DNA of 64,000 nt, taken from the IMG/VR virus record IMGVR_UViG_3300000233_000006, positions 1 to 64,000 of that record; one strand, given 5' to 3'. A program made the translations under genes and the position numbers. This DNA comes from an uncultured virus (IMG/VR IMGVR_UViG_3300000233_000006) (Duplodnaviria > Heunggongvirae > Uroviricota > Caudoviricetes). How positions within the stretch are numbered: position 1 is the stretch's first letter; every line of letters starts with the position of its first letter. The notes under the pieces are model-generated. The model was not told where the DNA came from. It made no database searches and saw nothing but the letters and a program-made list of their open reading frames with translations. This document shows, piece by piece, positions 20,986 to 31,753 of this stretch.

Positions 20986-21279
20986 ATGGTCGATTTTTAT
21001 TCGAACGTCTATAACCATGTAAGTGGATCTGTAAAACGTCCGCTTGCAAGCGTTGCTTTTTTTAAAGAACGTGACATTAACAAAGGAAGTCTTTTAGAAC
21101 AAACGATCGATACGTTTGTTTCAAGAAACATTTATGAAACGTTCGGTATCTCATATTTAGAATATATGCGATTGCCTTCTGACATTTGTAGGATGTTAAC
21201 TGAACGTGCCTTAAAAGCTCTTGAAGAAAAAAATAAAATGGCTGAAGGTGTTAATCGAGACCTTAAGAACTTTACGTAG
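20986..21279 (+). CDS. gp76-position ORF; possibly the -1 frameshift extension of the gp77-like gene
   Basis: Frame is open from about 20790; FGISYLEYMRLP resembles tail-chaperone GT C-termini. Confidence 0.65.
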   Translation: MVDFYSNVYNHVSGSVKRPLASVAFFKERDINKGSLLEQTIDTFVSRNIYETFGISYLEYMRLPSDICRMLTERALKALEEKNKMAEGVNRDLKNFT

Positions 21280-21280
21280 T

Positions 21281-21315
21281 AGAACACAGTGCGGCTTTGA
21301 GCCGCACTGTGTTCT
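21281..21315. terminator. bidirectional terminator
   Basis: agaacacagtgcggct-ttg-agccgcactgtgttct. Confidence 0.8.
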
Positions 21316-21362
21316 TTAATGTTAAAGTTTTAGATCGTGTAAATAGTCAGAAGGTCGTGGTT

Positions 21363-21635
21363 TCAACAACGAACGGAGTATGATACGCATCTACCCGTAC
21401 CGTGCTTTTCGACCGTCCTAGTTTTAACCAAGCGCGTCAGCGCGTTGGTGATCTGACGTTTCTTATAACCGGACATTTTTTCAACGATTTCGGAATACTT
21501 AACGATCTTTTCAGATATGAATATAGTGTTATACACCGCATCATCTACCGAAATAACCTTACGTATTTCGACAATGCTCGCTTTAGGAATTTTCCTAGCC
21601 ATAGAACAAAGTTCAGCGATACCTTCAGGAGACAT
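21363..21635 (-). CDS. small winged-HTH-like DNA-binding protein
   Basis: YSEIVEKM..YKKRQITNALTRLVK..VEKHGTGR..Y pattern. Confidence 0.6.
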   Translation of the reverse strand: MSPEGIAELCSMARKIPKASIVEIRKVISVDDAVYNTIFISEKIVKYSEIVEKMSGYKKRQITNALTRLVKTRTVEKHGTGRCVSYSVRC

Positions 21636-21638
21636 GAT

Positions 21639-23213
21639 TTATTCCTTGTGTTTAAAACGTTCACGATAGACAGGCGAAATGCCGCGACTAAAACCTACCT
21701 CTTTAAATGTAAGAACCTCATCGACCAATAGATCTTTACGACGTTCGTTATATTCAATATGCTTAGGGACATCTTGACAGACGATATACAAAAACTTAAC
21801 GATGCGATCAGGGATGTTACGTAAACGCCCCATGGTCTGCAAGTTAGCTTGTATACTGTCGATCGCGATGGTCTGTATAACCACCGTCAGTCCGGGGATA
21901 TCGATTGCAGTACCTCCTGAAAGTACGGTTGTAACCCGAATATCGGGTTCGATGATGTTTTCATACGGGTCATCTTTAACATAGCGTTTAACGCTAAATT
22001 GAGGATAGGTTTCGGTGAGATACGTTGTGATCATCGAACAAACATTGACACCACTTGCAAAGACTGCGAGCTTATCGCCTTTAACGTAGTCCTTTAAAAA
22101 CGTAAAGTCAATCATCGACTTGATCATCTCAAGGTACGTTGTAAACAACTTATTTTTGATAACCGATCTCTCGAACGCGTGATGCGAATACATCCTCGAA
22201 TTACGCTCAGTCGTTTCAAGTACAACGTCACCTCGTACGGGGTAAGATACTGCATACGCATGAATGTATTTAGGCACATCCTTTTCTCTATATTGAAGAG
22301 GCTTAGGGTACGCAGTGTCGTACATTTTCATGATGAAAGCGTCACGCGTCTGCAATGTTGCCGAAAGCGATACAACACGCTTAACATGGGTGTTTAGATC
22401 AAGCATAAAGTTGAAGTGGAAATCTTGATGGACTTCGTCAATCAAGCGTGTACCTACTTTAAGGAGCTTAAAGAATGAGGAAGGCTCTACGCCGTACCAT
22501 TCTTCTAGCGCTTCGTCATAGGACTTTGTGAAGCTTTTAAGCCATATCTGAAGGGTCTTGTTGCTAAATATAATCACTTTAGATGTGAGTTTATTATCGA
22601 TCGCAAGTTCGAGAATCGCTTTAAGCTGTTTACCTCCCTGAACAACCATCAAGTCCTTTTTATCTACCGTTGTAATCTTTAAGAAATCCTCGATCCACTT
22701 ATCAATATACGACGGCTTAATAACAAGCGCGATACGCTCCCCAAGTTCAACCAGCGCATTAATTGCAATGAATGTTTTACCTCGACCGGTCTTAAGGTTA
22801 ACCATCCTCATGTTTGCGGTTTTATCGTTAACAATAAAATCCCTGACGATGAAGTCTTTAACCGGGATTTGGTAATCGCGCAGAACCCATCCTGGCTGGA
22901 TTGTTAAATCAATTTTTTCAGGTTCGTACATAGGCTCGTACGTAACATCGATCTCTCCGTGCTGGATGCCGTGGTCTTTGAGATAAAAGAGTAGATCGCC
23001 AAAAGCGTTCACGTGTATTTTGAACGATGCAGTTCGCTTATCCTTGACGTAGTAACGACGAACAACTTCATAACGAAAACGTCCGTACTGATCCCTTACG
23101 TAGCCAAATTGATTAAAAACAAAACAAAAGTTTTGGACGGTACTACGACAATGTTCCGTCAAGGGTTCTATACTAACGAAATTTGAGAAAACGTGTATTT
23201 TTATACTGGTCAT
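21639..23213 (-). CDS. SF2 DExH helicase (phiKZ gp75-like, UvsW/XPB-type)
   Basis: TGRGKT, DEVH, SAT and QTMGRLR motifs. Confidence 0.9.
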   Translation of the reverse strand: MTSIKIHVFSNFVSIEPLTEHCRSTVQNFCFVFNQFGYVRDQYGRFRYEVVRRYYVKDKRTASFKIHVNAFGDLLFYLKDHGIQHGEIDVTYEPMYEPEKIDLTIQPGWVLRDYQIPVKDFIVRDFIVNDKTANMRMVNLKTGRGKTFIAINALVELGERIALVIKPSYIDKWIEDFLKITTVDKKDLMVVQGGKQLKAILELAIDNKLTSKVIIFSNKTLQIWLKSFTKSYDEALEEWYGVEPSSFFKLLKVGTRLIDEVHQDFHFNFMLDLNTHVKRVVSLSATLQTRDAFIMKMYDTAYPKPLQYREKDVPKYIHAYAVSYPVRGDVVLETTERNSRMYSHHAFERSVIKNKLFTTYLEMIKSMIDFTFLKDYVKGDKLAVFASGVNVCSMITTYLTETYPQFSVKRYVKDDPYENIIEPDIRVTTVLSGGTAIDIPGLTVVIQTIAIDSIQANLQTMGRLRNIPDRIVKFLYIVCQDVPKHIEYNERRKDLLVDEVLTFKEVGFSRGISPVYRERFKHKE

Positions 23214-23245
23214 GGTTTTTTTTCCTAGTGTTCAAAGCATAACTC

Positions 23246-23401
23246 TTAATGCTTTATATTTTTACTATACCGTATACGCAGATTTCTGAGTTCGGTTCTT
23301 AATTCGTCGATTTCTGATTGCATCAGAATTTTTATTAATAGGGGGGTGGGTTTGTCGTGTTTTAGACGATCGACCCACTTAATTACCTTTTTCCATTTCA
23401 T
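23246..23401 (-). CDS. small basic protein (51 aa), not in the ORF track
   Basis: MKWKKVIKWVDRLKHDKPTPLLIKILMQSEIDELRTELRNLRIRYSKNIKH; AGGTG RBS; promoter-like CATATTAC at 23432-23439. Confidence 0.55.
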   Translation of the reverse strand: MKWKKVIKWVDRLKHDKPTPLLIKILMQSEIDELRTELRNLRIRYSKNIKH

Positions 23402-23464
23402 TTTTCGTCACCTGAATGTTAAGTCAAGTAAGTAATATGAGATTATATATTTTTAGATAAAAAA

Positions 23465-23496
23465 AAGATAGTGTGCTTTTCAAAGCACACTATCTT
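23465..23496 (-). terminator. terminator after the gp74-like gene
   Basis: aagatagtgtgcttt-tc-aaagcacactatctt plus A-run. Confidence 0.75.
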
Positions 23497-23500
23497 AAAT

Positions 23501-23884
23501 TTAACTTTCCCGTTTCGAGACACTGCTTGGCTTAAAGAACATATCCATCGGATGGTCTGGTCGTAATAGTTTAAAGAACGATCTTGGATCAGTGATCCTT
23601 ACCGCCTGGTCTTCAAACGCGTAGGTTGCTGACATCGAACGCCTAAAGATATTTCGTTCAGCATGACTGACTTCAAAAGGCGTTGACGCATTAGGAAGAC
23701 GATAATCTTCGTCTTCAATACTTCGAACCATGACCGCATACAAAATGACTTCAAGGATCGATATGTTCACGTTAATTTTAGTATTAACGGTATCAAACAA
23801 CGCAGTTAGAACTTCACTTGGCGTGATATCCTTTTCAACGTTGGTAAGATACTTAACCGACGACTCGATGATCTTACTGATTTC
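23501..23884 (-). CDS. nvRNAP beta'-C subunit (phiKZ gp74-like), exon 2
   Basis: Begins EISKIIESS after the intron-terminal G; RSMSATYAFEDQ and HPMDMFF motifs. Confidence 0.85.
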   Translation of the reverse strand, partial: EISKIIESSVKYLTNVEKDITPSEVLTALFDTVNTKINVNISILEVILYAVMVRSIEDEDYRLPNASTPFEVSHAERNIFRRSMSATYAFEDQAVRITDPRSFFKLLRPDHPMDMFFKPSSVSKRES

Positions 23885-24317
23885 CTTAATGTCCAGTTAG
23901 CGCGCTACTGCTAACCCGGTGTGCTTCGACACCCGCCAACACTTTCATGTTGGAACAGACTATATCTTCACCTTCAGCTTAAACTGTTAAGGGTCTACTA
24001 TTTCGGCTTCGCTTGAAACCTACGCCTTACGGCTAGTCGTTGAACGTTCTTCATATCTCGTCTCACGACGATACGTAGAAGCTTCGCTGCGGATTACCCA
24101 ATCTTCATGTCTTTTACCGTACCCAGGTAATTATTCTGGCCACGCATATATTTCGATATGCGTTTGGTGCATGAAGCTCTAAAGGGACTTCCCGTCAATT
24201 AAATAGATATCGCTACGCCATTTCTGACATAGGTGCCATTAACAATGTTTGAGATCTAAATACCCAGCCTCCGGTAGGCTTTCCCGTATCTATTTTGGTC
24301 ACACATTGTTATTTTCT
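23885..24317 (-). ncRNA. group I intron (433 nt, no ORF) in the gp74-like gene
   Basis: P AATTGACGGGAAG, Q AATCCGCAGC, R GTTCAACGACTA, S AAGATATAGTC; 5' exon ends in U (GCT) and pairs TGCT/GGCA; ends in G; splicing restores the frame (666 aa). Confidence 0.9.
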
Positions 24318-25934
24318 AGCATTGTGATCCGCCATGTTGTAATGTTTGTAAGGCAGTACAAAAAGTGGCTTAGTATAATCCCATCGACTTAAGTCAAAGA
24401 CAAAGTTTGTGCGACCGTCGGTTCCGTACCCATATTTAAAAATGTACTCGATAAGTTCATAACTTAACATGGCTTTACGACCACTAAAGGTAAGTCGTAG
24501 CGGAACCGTCGTTTCACCGTCACGTGTCGTCGTAAACGATATCGCGGCATCACTTATCTCACTAACACGACTTAATGAAATGTTTTTAATATCTTCCATA
24601 GAGGTAAGGTCAGTAAGACTCGAACAACTTGTGATAGGTATCAAAATACTTGTCCTAAGTTCAAGCATCTCTTTACGTAAGTAATAGGAGTTCTTATCAT
24701 CACCCACTACAAAAAAGTTGACCTTAGTTTCATCAAGCGTTAAGGGTTCGATGTCGGATGAACCGTCGAAGTGCTTTGTTGACAAAATGTTCTGACCGGT
24801 TTGTTCCGTCATCGTTGCTGACGAAATATGGCCGAGATTATAATGTTCCGGAAGGTTGTGATGCAACTCTCCAAAACACACAGAACATATTATACCCTTT
24901 TCGATGTCTCGATGCTGACACCCTGCAAGGATGGAACGGATTTTTATCACCTTGTTTTCAAGATGTTTGTCTGTTATTTTAACGGACTTTAACGTTCCAT
25001 CATTATCGACATACTGTTTACCTTCAAAGTTAGCAAGGTCTCCTTTGTTGACGGTTCGTCCGCGTTCATCATAGACGGGAGGTTTGACAAGCCAGTCGAT
25101 GGTCTTGGTCGAACCACAGTCGCCATAATCAACATTCTTGATGATCATGGTAAGTAACTGAAGACGGCGCGCAAAATATTCAGAATCGCTCAAAGGGTCT
25201 TCTGCGAAGAACAATGATTTAGCCGCAGAACGCGATTCGATCACCGAATCATACAGGTCTCTAAATCCAGCAAAATAACCTCTTAAGATAGGTTCTCTAA
25301 AGATGGTCGAGTCAATGTCCGTAAGGAAACCGCGTGGACCGACGCATTGCAAAACCTGATTAGCTTTAACTACGTTAAAACGTACGGCTTTGGCAAGCTG
25401 ATTACGATTAAGGCTTTCAGAGCCTTTTAGACTCTTAAGGATGACCGAATAGCATTTGTCGATACTTCGCTGGGTTGGTCGAAGTTCTTTAAGGCTCTGA
25501 CTGATCTCCGGTTCGTCAACGATTTCGCAAAAGTCGAGTATGTCAATAGACGTGACATACGCTTCCGTATGCTTTGATAATTCATTATACGCTTCATTAA
25601 TTACCTCATAAATGCGTTTCTTTATATACTTTTTTGATTCAGGTGTGTTGAGTCTATAAACACTGACGACGTCGCGTAATAACGACGTCATACTTACACT
25701 TGAATTAAAGGCATTTCCTTTGAGTTGAGATTTGACGTGATGCCTGTAAAGAAGAGGCGTGTTGGGGTAAGAGCGTATGACGCCCCACATAAACCAAGAG
25801 AAAATAGTTTCTCTTGAATTCACCTCGACGACCTCCCCATCATCAAACGTAAGATTAAATGTTCCTCGAAGATTATTGACTAACGTCTCATAATCAAGGT
25901 TCATTAGTTTTCGTGCACTGAGATTAGGTTTCAT
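24318..25934 (-). CDS. nvRNAP beta'-C subunit (phiKZ gp74-like), exon 1
   Basis: QCVGPRG, ESRSAAKSL, SEYFARRLQL, DCGS, CSVCFG, QNILSTKH motifs. Confidence 0.9.
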
Positions 25935-26830
25935 TCAGAGGACTCCACAGTTTTCCAACCCGCACACGCGGCGATATGATCGAAAATTTGCAATGACTTG
26001 GATAAACCATAGTCTTGCTTGGAACGATCAACCGCGCTATGTATGCGGCCTGGTTTATCAGCACCTAATATGGATGATACCACCATTTTGTGTGTGACAG
26101 GGTTATTGTTTCGATCCATGATTTCAGGGATCGCCTTAGGATGGCAGTACGATGCAATGATACGACCTTCGGTTTCGCCAACCGTTTTTACAGGGCTGTT
26201 CTTCCAAGGACGACCGTATTTTTCTGAACGCGTGATCGGTGACAGGATACCGAAGTGCTGCATCGTTGCTGACGATACCGCCGACCAGTCATCTGCAATC
26301 TTTTCGAGAACAAGAAAATACATCGGTGCAACACGTACGCGCTCTTTCGTGGTATGTCGACGACCTGAATTCCCTACGTACGATACCGGACCGAACGTCG
26401 GTTTGAATCGTGCTTCTAAGCGTCTCACGATAACCGGCGTTTCGATCGGGTTGTCTGTTGGGATAAAAAGGTATAGGCGATCTTTAAGGATCGTTCCCAT
26501 AATCTCTTCAACGTCATCTTCATTGAGCTTACTATAAACATCATGCTGTCTAGGTGACGCGATTTCATAAAACGACATGACTTCATTAACATGAAACGCG
26601 TACTTCTCTGGCAAAGTATTTTTGAACTGACTGAGTGTTAAAGTACCGACGTCACGCTTAAAACGTAATTCGATCTCAAGACATACCGAACCAAAATAAT
26701 GTTCGTATAAACGACCAATGTTGGTTCGGTCAATCGTTGAGTTACCGTCCATAATCACATCAGCCCGAACGCCAAGTTCGTTAACCGGCATGTTTTCAGG
26801 CTTTTCGATTTTACAAATCACTCCCTTACC
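25931..26830 (-). CDS. nvRNAP beta-C subunit (phiKZ gp71-73-like), exon 2
   Basis: GKGVICKI..MP, ADVIMD..S..RTNIG, GETEGR motifs. Confidence 0.9.
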   Translation of the reverse strand, partial: GKGVICKIEKPENMPVNELGVRADVIMDGNSTIDRTNIGRLYEHYFGSVCLEIELRFKRDVGTLTLSQFKNTLPEKYAFHVNEVMSFYEIASPRQHDVYSKLNEDDVEEIMGTILKDRLYLFIPTDNPIETPVIVRRLEARFKPTFGPVSYVGNSGRRHTTKERVRVAPMYFLVLEKIADDWSAVSSATMQHFGILSPITRSEKYGRPWKNSPVKTVGETEGRIIASYCHPKAIPEIMDRNNNPVTHKMVVSSILGADKPGRIHSAVDRSKQDYGLSKSLQIFDHIAACAGWKTVESSE

Positions 26831-27241
26831 CTCGTTGTCCGGTTAGTTCGCAACGCTAACCCGGTGTGCTTTGACACCCGCCAACACTTTCATGTTGGGA
26901 CAGACTATATCACCACCTTCAACTTAACTTGTTCAGGTGCTTCCCGTTTCGGCCCCGCTTAAGGTCTACTCTACTTATCAAATACCGTTCTGATATATGA
27001 TTTTCGATAGTCGTTGGACGTTCTTCCTATATCGTCTCACGACGATACGTAGAAGCTTCGCTGCGGATTACCCAATCCTTGTCGTTTTTACCATACCCAG
27101 GATCATTACACTGGCCACAACGTAACTTTCGTATACGTGCTTGGTAGACAAGGCTCTTAGGGACTTCCCGCAATTAGAGAAGTTTTCGACCAGTATTTTT
27201 ACTGGAAGCGGCTTGATTTGAATTTTACCTCAAATCAGTTA
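26831..27241 (-). ncRNA. group I intron (411 nt, no ORF) in the gp71-73-like gene
   Basis: P AATTGCGGGAAG, Q AATCCGCAGC, R GTCCAACGACTA, S GATATAGTC; P1 CGGT/GCCG with U-G at the splice site; terminal G; splicing gives NKITDIHG|GKGV (695 aa). Confidence 0.92.
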
Positions 27242-28429
27242 ACCGTGAATGTCGGTAATTTTGTTACCCATGTCAGGTTTAAGCGTATACTCTACCGTAA
27301 TCTCCACGCGATAGTCGTCTAACGTCGTTCGACGATAAACCTTTTCAATCTCCTCTACACCTTTCTTATTTTTTCTTCCAAGAACAGAATAGGCTTCAAT
27401 AAGAAGCCTATGAAACTCAGGCGATATTCTGAGTTTCTTTTCACCGTACTTACGGTAATGATCCTGTTTAATGTCCTTGTAAGCTTCAAGAATATCGTTG
27501 TAAAAAGAACGTAAGGCGCGTGCGTACTTGTCCGGAACTTCGCAAACTTCACGAGGTGTAGGGATGTATTCGTTATCGTCGTGATAGACCTTAATATCGA
27601 TGACGCGACCGCCTTTACCTCGCGTGTAAATTTGCTTATCGAAGATATAGTCGATTTCTCGACAATCTAGGAAAGACATTTCGACAGGAGCGAGATCAGG
27701 ACGGTATTCCCTTAGAGCCATGAGTACACCGTCATCACGGATCATGTCGCCAATTTCAGGAAATGGACGATAGACCTTATCGTCACCGTACATGTTGAGG
27801 GGAAACGTATTCTTACCGAATTCAATGACGCGTTTTTCAAACGTGTTAAATGACATGCGGTCGAGTACATCCTCAGATACGATGATACCGTCCTCAGATA
27901 CGCCAGGTAGAGACATGTACGCGATATTGAGTTCGATACCATAGGCATAACCACCCGAATGTATTTTCGAGCGACTGTCGTGACTTACAGTTCCTTTAGC
28001 GACATGGTTGCCCGGATAAAACTTTGTGGCGTCCTGCGTCTTAACGAGCTTGAAACCATGATATTGATGGTATGACCTGAAATACGGTACGGTAAAAATA
28101 CCGACGATACCCGTGACAGAAGATTCGTAAACGAATATTTTCTCAGGTGAGTGCGAAATATAATCCTTAGACAATGTCTTTGGATAGCGCTCAATCACTT
28201 TTAAGATGAGTCCGTCTTCGGGCATACGAACACCTAGCGTATGTTTACCGATCTCATATTCGATACCGGTTTGAAACCGATGTTCGGTAGCATCTTTGGT
28301 CACAAGACATTGTGATAGATGCGAACTAAACATTTGCTGACGGGAAGACGAGTTATGCCCCGCAAATGGGTTAAGTGCAAGGATAGATAGGAACTCAGGT
28401 TTGAGTTCCGATTTCGATTCTACGGTCAT
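27242..28429 (-). CDS. nvRNAP beta-C subunit (phiKZ gp71-73-like), exon 1
   Basis: NSSSRQQM..H..Q, SEDGIIVS and GNKITDIHG motifs. Confidence 0.9.
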
Positions 28430-28472
28430 AAAACACCTCTATTTTAAAAAACGTTTGATCTTAGTCATGTAA

Positions 28473-28480
28473 GTAATATA
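28473..28480 (-). promoter_or_regulatory. early promoter TATATTAC for the gp71-74 operon
   Basis: GTAATATA 44 bp upstream of the ATG. Confidence 0.7.
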
Positions 28481-28511
28481 TGACTGAAAAAGCTTGGGGG
28501 AAAATAAAAAA

Positions 28512-28862
28512 ATGGAAGTTCATCGCTTAAGTACAGCTACTGGACAGTTGTTTAACTATACAGAAAAATATCACGTTTATCTTGAATCTTTAGCGCATCA
28601 TTTTAAACGCCTTGCTTCAACACGATATGTATCTCCTAAAATTGATCTGCATTATAAGTACGACGGTGATTTATACGGATATCTTGCCGATATCGAAAAG
28701 ATACCTCATCAACATCATCTTTTTATTGCCCGCATCAACGGTTATTCAAGCTCTGATCAATTCAGGTTTAATTACACTGACGTCAATGTCCTAACCTTAA
28801 TGATCCCTGACTCAGCCGAGATTACCGCTTTTAATTCAGTTTACCTTACGTTTAACAAATAA
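28512..28862 (+). CDS. conserved small protein, LysM/baseplate-gp53-like (inferred)
   Basis: YKYDGDLYGYL..IP..H..IARING pattern; opposite strand to its neighbours; start moved to ATG 28512. Confidence 0.5.
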   Translation: MEVHRLSTATGQLFNYTEKYHVYLESLAHHFKRLASTRYVSPKIDLHYKYDGDLYGYLADIEKIPHQHHLFIARINGYSSSDQFRFNYTDVNVLTLMIPDSAEITAFNSVYLTFNK

Positions 28863-28863
28863 A

Positions 28864-28898
28864 AAAAAGATAGAGGGTGTAAACTCTCTATCTTTTTT
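28864..28898. terminator. bidirectional terminator
   Basis: aaaaagatagagggt-gtaa-actctctatctttttt between convergent genes. Confidence 0.7.
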
Positions 28899-28932
28899 AA
28901 TGTGCGCGCATCAGAATGCGCGCATAAGTACG

Positions 28933-30324
28933 CTAGCGATAACCCTGAGGTTGACCGTACATAGGCTGAGGTTGCTGAGGATAACCGTAACCTTGTTGCG
29001 GGTATGCTGAAGGTATGTTAGGTGCAGCCCATGATGGGGGTGTTGTACCTGGGGGTATGTTTTGCGAAGACGTCGCCCACGGTGGAGGAGGCTGTTGTGG
29101 ATACCCTTGAGGTGGATAAGGCTGTTGGGGATACCCTTGAGGTGGATAAGGCTGTTGGGGATACCCTTGAGGTGGATAAGGCTGTTGGGGATACCCTTGA
29201 GGAGGGTATGGCTGCTGAGGATAAGGCGGTTGTTTAGGCTGACCAGAATTCAGGATGTCACGAAGTGACGGGCCTGTTGGTTTTACCTTATTGGCCGGAT
29301 GAACCGGAGGGGTTGGCATCGTAGGGACTGATGCATAAGGTTTATCAAACGGTACCGTGTCATCAATGATATTCCCGTCCTGTTGACTTGAGGAAGGCGC
29401 ACTAATGTCTTGTTGAGGTCTTGACTTTTTACGACCACCGTCATTATGGGGTAAGGACGGTAGAAGCCGTGAAATCGACTTGAGTTCGTCGCGATCGTTA
29501 AAGACCTTGAGAACATTCTGCATACTTTCACTTTCAGAAACTGTGACTTCAACTTGCCCATATTCGTCGACATCGTCCTTAAACATCACGAGAATGTCTT
29601 GGATGCGTCCAAAGAGCTGACTGGATGTGACATAAAGCGCTTCAAGGAATGGTGCCGTTAGGGAGTTTGAGCCTTCGTTATAAAACTTAGGTTCTTCAAT
29701 CCCAGTAAAGACAAGTTCAAAAAGCGCCTTTAAGATGTCATAATCCTTAACGCGCATTTTACTTCCGTAGATCGTATCGTCCTTAGAAATGATTTTTTCA
29801 TACATCGGAAACGTTACTACGGCAACACGCGCAAAGTGCTTTCCACGAACATCGCCTGAGCGATTCAAGTGAATGTTTAAAAAGGCCTTGTCGGGAGATT
29901 CCTTAATGGCCTTGAGCATCATGCCGGTAAACGCCTTGACGATCTTATCATCAACACCCACAAGCCTTGAAATAAGCATGGACTGGTCAACACTTAATGT
30001 CGCATGACGTTCAGAACTTGACGCGATATGCAGAAGCGTCTGCATAACGATACCGGCCATAAAGTTAAGGCGCGTATTGATCGCCTTTCTAAAGACACGG
30101 ATAACCTCGCTTTCACCGAGAATGATGTTCTCGCTAAGTGGATGGAAGATGACGACGTTCGACGCGTCGCGAACATATTCTTCTGTAGGGAAGACAAGTG
30201 GCTTACTTTCGATACTTAGAGGTTGGCCTTTGTCGCCAAGCTTAAAGTTTAAGACGCCGTGATTGTCGTAGCTAAGTTTACCGATCTTAATCAAATCTTC
30301 ATAAAACGCTTTGAGCTTAAACAT
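28933..30324 (-). CDS. phiKZ gp70-like core protein with P/Q/Y/G low-complexity tail
   Basis: FHPLSENI..GES motif; synteny; start moved to ATG 30324. Confidence 0.75.
   Translation of the reverse strand: MFKLKAFYEDLIKIGKLSYDNHGVLNFKLGDKGQPLSIESKPLVFPTEEYVRDASNVVIFHPLSENIILGESEVIRVFRKAINTRLNFMAGIVMQTLLHIASSSERHATLSVDQSMLISRLVGVDDKIVKAFTGMMLKAIKESPDKAFLNIHLNRSGDVRGKHFARVAVVTFPMYEKIISKDDTIYGSKMRVKDYDILKALFELVFTGIEEPKFYNEGSNSLTAPFLEALYVTSSQLFGRIQDILVMFKDDVDEYGQVEVTVSESESMQNVLKVFNDRDELKSISRLLPSLPHNDGGRKKSRPQQDISAPSSSQQDGNIIDDTVPFDKPYASVPTMPTPPVHPANKVKPTGPSLRDILNSGQPKQPPYPQQPYPPQGYPQQPYPPQGYPQQPYPPQGYPQQPYPPQGYPQQPPPPWATSSQNIPPGTTPPSWAAPNIPSAYPQQGYGYPQQPQPMYGQPQGYR
29090..29225. repeat. 30-bp coding tandem repeat x4.5 (YPQQPYPPQG)
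   Basis: ggctgttggggatacccttgaggtggataa units. Confidence 0.95.
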
Positions 30325-31753
30325 CTTGGATCCCCATGGGGTTTTGGGTGGTTTTTGAAACAAGGCCTAGAATGTAGCCCATGTCATTGGTGAAAGATTC
30401 GTGGAGTTCACGATTTGTAACAACGGGCGCTGACATACTGTCACAGAACGTTGGTGCGTTAAAAGGTACTTCGGGCATGTTATCAACAGAAACGTTTACC
30501 GACGTTTCACCAAAAATGTCGGCATTCACGAATACGGAAATTAACATTTGTCCCGAATAGGAAATATCAAGCATGACCTCTTGAATAACGCGCCATTTAA
30601 ACGCGTCAAAGTTTTGACGCATGTCGGCATCGACAATCGCTTCGTGACCAAGAATAATCACTTCAAACAAACCGTTAACGGTGTTATTGGTCACGCTCAT
30701 CGAAATCTTACCAAAAAGCAAATCCATCATGATCGAGGGGATTGCCTTTGATACGATCGACGCGATCTGAGCTTCGCGACCAACTGAAGACCAGTATTCG
30801 GTTTGCCCGTGACTGTGCGAATGCTGTAGCATCCTACCTTTATTTAAAACGATACGCGTTTTTGGATCAAGGTAATTATCAAGTTCTAAAAGATCTCCGT
30901 AATTAAATGTGTTCGAAACGCCAGTATTTCTCGCACCGTTCATGGCCATGATAAAAGGGTTGCGAACGATAGGGTGTTCAGATACCGCGCGTCTCGCCGA
31001 TTCCGTCGCATTAGAACTATTAAGATCATAACTTGACGCAACTTTGGCCTCGCTGTAGTTATCGACTAAACGACCAAGATACATCGACGGGATATCGTTC
31101 TTTCTTGATGAGAGTTTAGTTTCCCTGTTGATCATAGATCGCGTGTCAAGAAATTCGTGCTGATTCAGAATGTCTTGTTCAAACTCCATATTACCGTAAA
31201 TGTCCTGTGGACGTGTAAGGTATAACGGCTGGTATGCGTACTGACTCTGACTCATGTCACTTGTAATGACGCGATTCGATTCGATCAACCGACTCTTAAT
31301 TTGTTGACCGACCGGTGTCGTATAGACTGTGCTCGTTAAGACGCTGAAGCTATTGATGTAAAACACCATCGTCGGGTCGACAAAACCTGACGCCGTAACG
31401 CCAGCATGAGACGTAAATCCTTGAAAGATATGTGTCGCAACGCCGCCAAATGACTGCTGAACATCAACCTCAAGAATAAAACGACATCTCTTTTCTTGCC
31501 AGCCGTTAGCGATAGTGACTTCGCCTTGAGGCTGTGCCGAAGGTACGACAATGGACATCGAAAGACCTTGAAACGACGTCGAAGTTAGACGTCCATTAGT
31601 TTCTTGAAGTACGTCATCAATCTGCTGAATGATATCAGGAAGCGCCTGGGCGTTAGACGTGTACGGTCGATGAAACATCGGGTTATACGTCCCTGTCTCA
31701 GCGATAATAAGTCGTTTGATTACCGTGGTCATACCCAGAGATAATTGATTCAT
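30317..31753 (-). CDS. picA: phage-nucleus protein import factor PicA/Imp1 (phiKZ gp69-like)
   Basis: ETGTY..RPY, IANGW..RCRFILEV, RPQD and PTFCDS motifs; lies between the gp68- and gp70-like genes. Confidence 0.75.
   Translation of the reverse strand: MNQLSLGMTTVIKRLIIAETGTYNPMFHRPYTSNAQALPDIIQQIDDVLQETNGRLTSTSFQGLSMSIVVPSAQPQGEVTIANGWQEKRCRFILEVDVQQSFGGVATHIFQGFTSHAGVTASGFVDPTMVFYINSFSVLTSTVYTTPVGQQIKSRLIESNRVITSDMSQSQYAYQPLYLTRPQDIYGNMEFEQDILNQHEFLDTRSMINRETKLSSRKNDIPSMYLGRLVDNYSEAKVASSYDLNSSNATESARRAVSEHPIVRNPFIMAMNGARNTGVSNTFNYGDLLELDNYLDPKTRIVLNKGRMLQHSHSHGQTEYWSSVGREAQIASIVSKAIPSIMMDLLFGKISMSVTNNTVNGLFEVIILGHEAIVDADMRQNFDAFKWRVIQEVMLDISYSGQMLISVFVNADIFGETSVNVSVDNMPEVPFNAPTFCDSMSAPVVTNRELHESFTNDMGYILGLVSKTTQNPMGIQDV

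Noticed and set aside
29090..29225. 30-bp repeats as a CRISPR array
   Set aside because: The units are contiguous with no unique spacers and encode an in-frame peptide repeat
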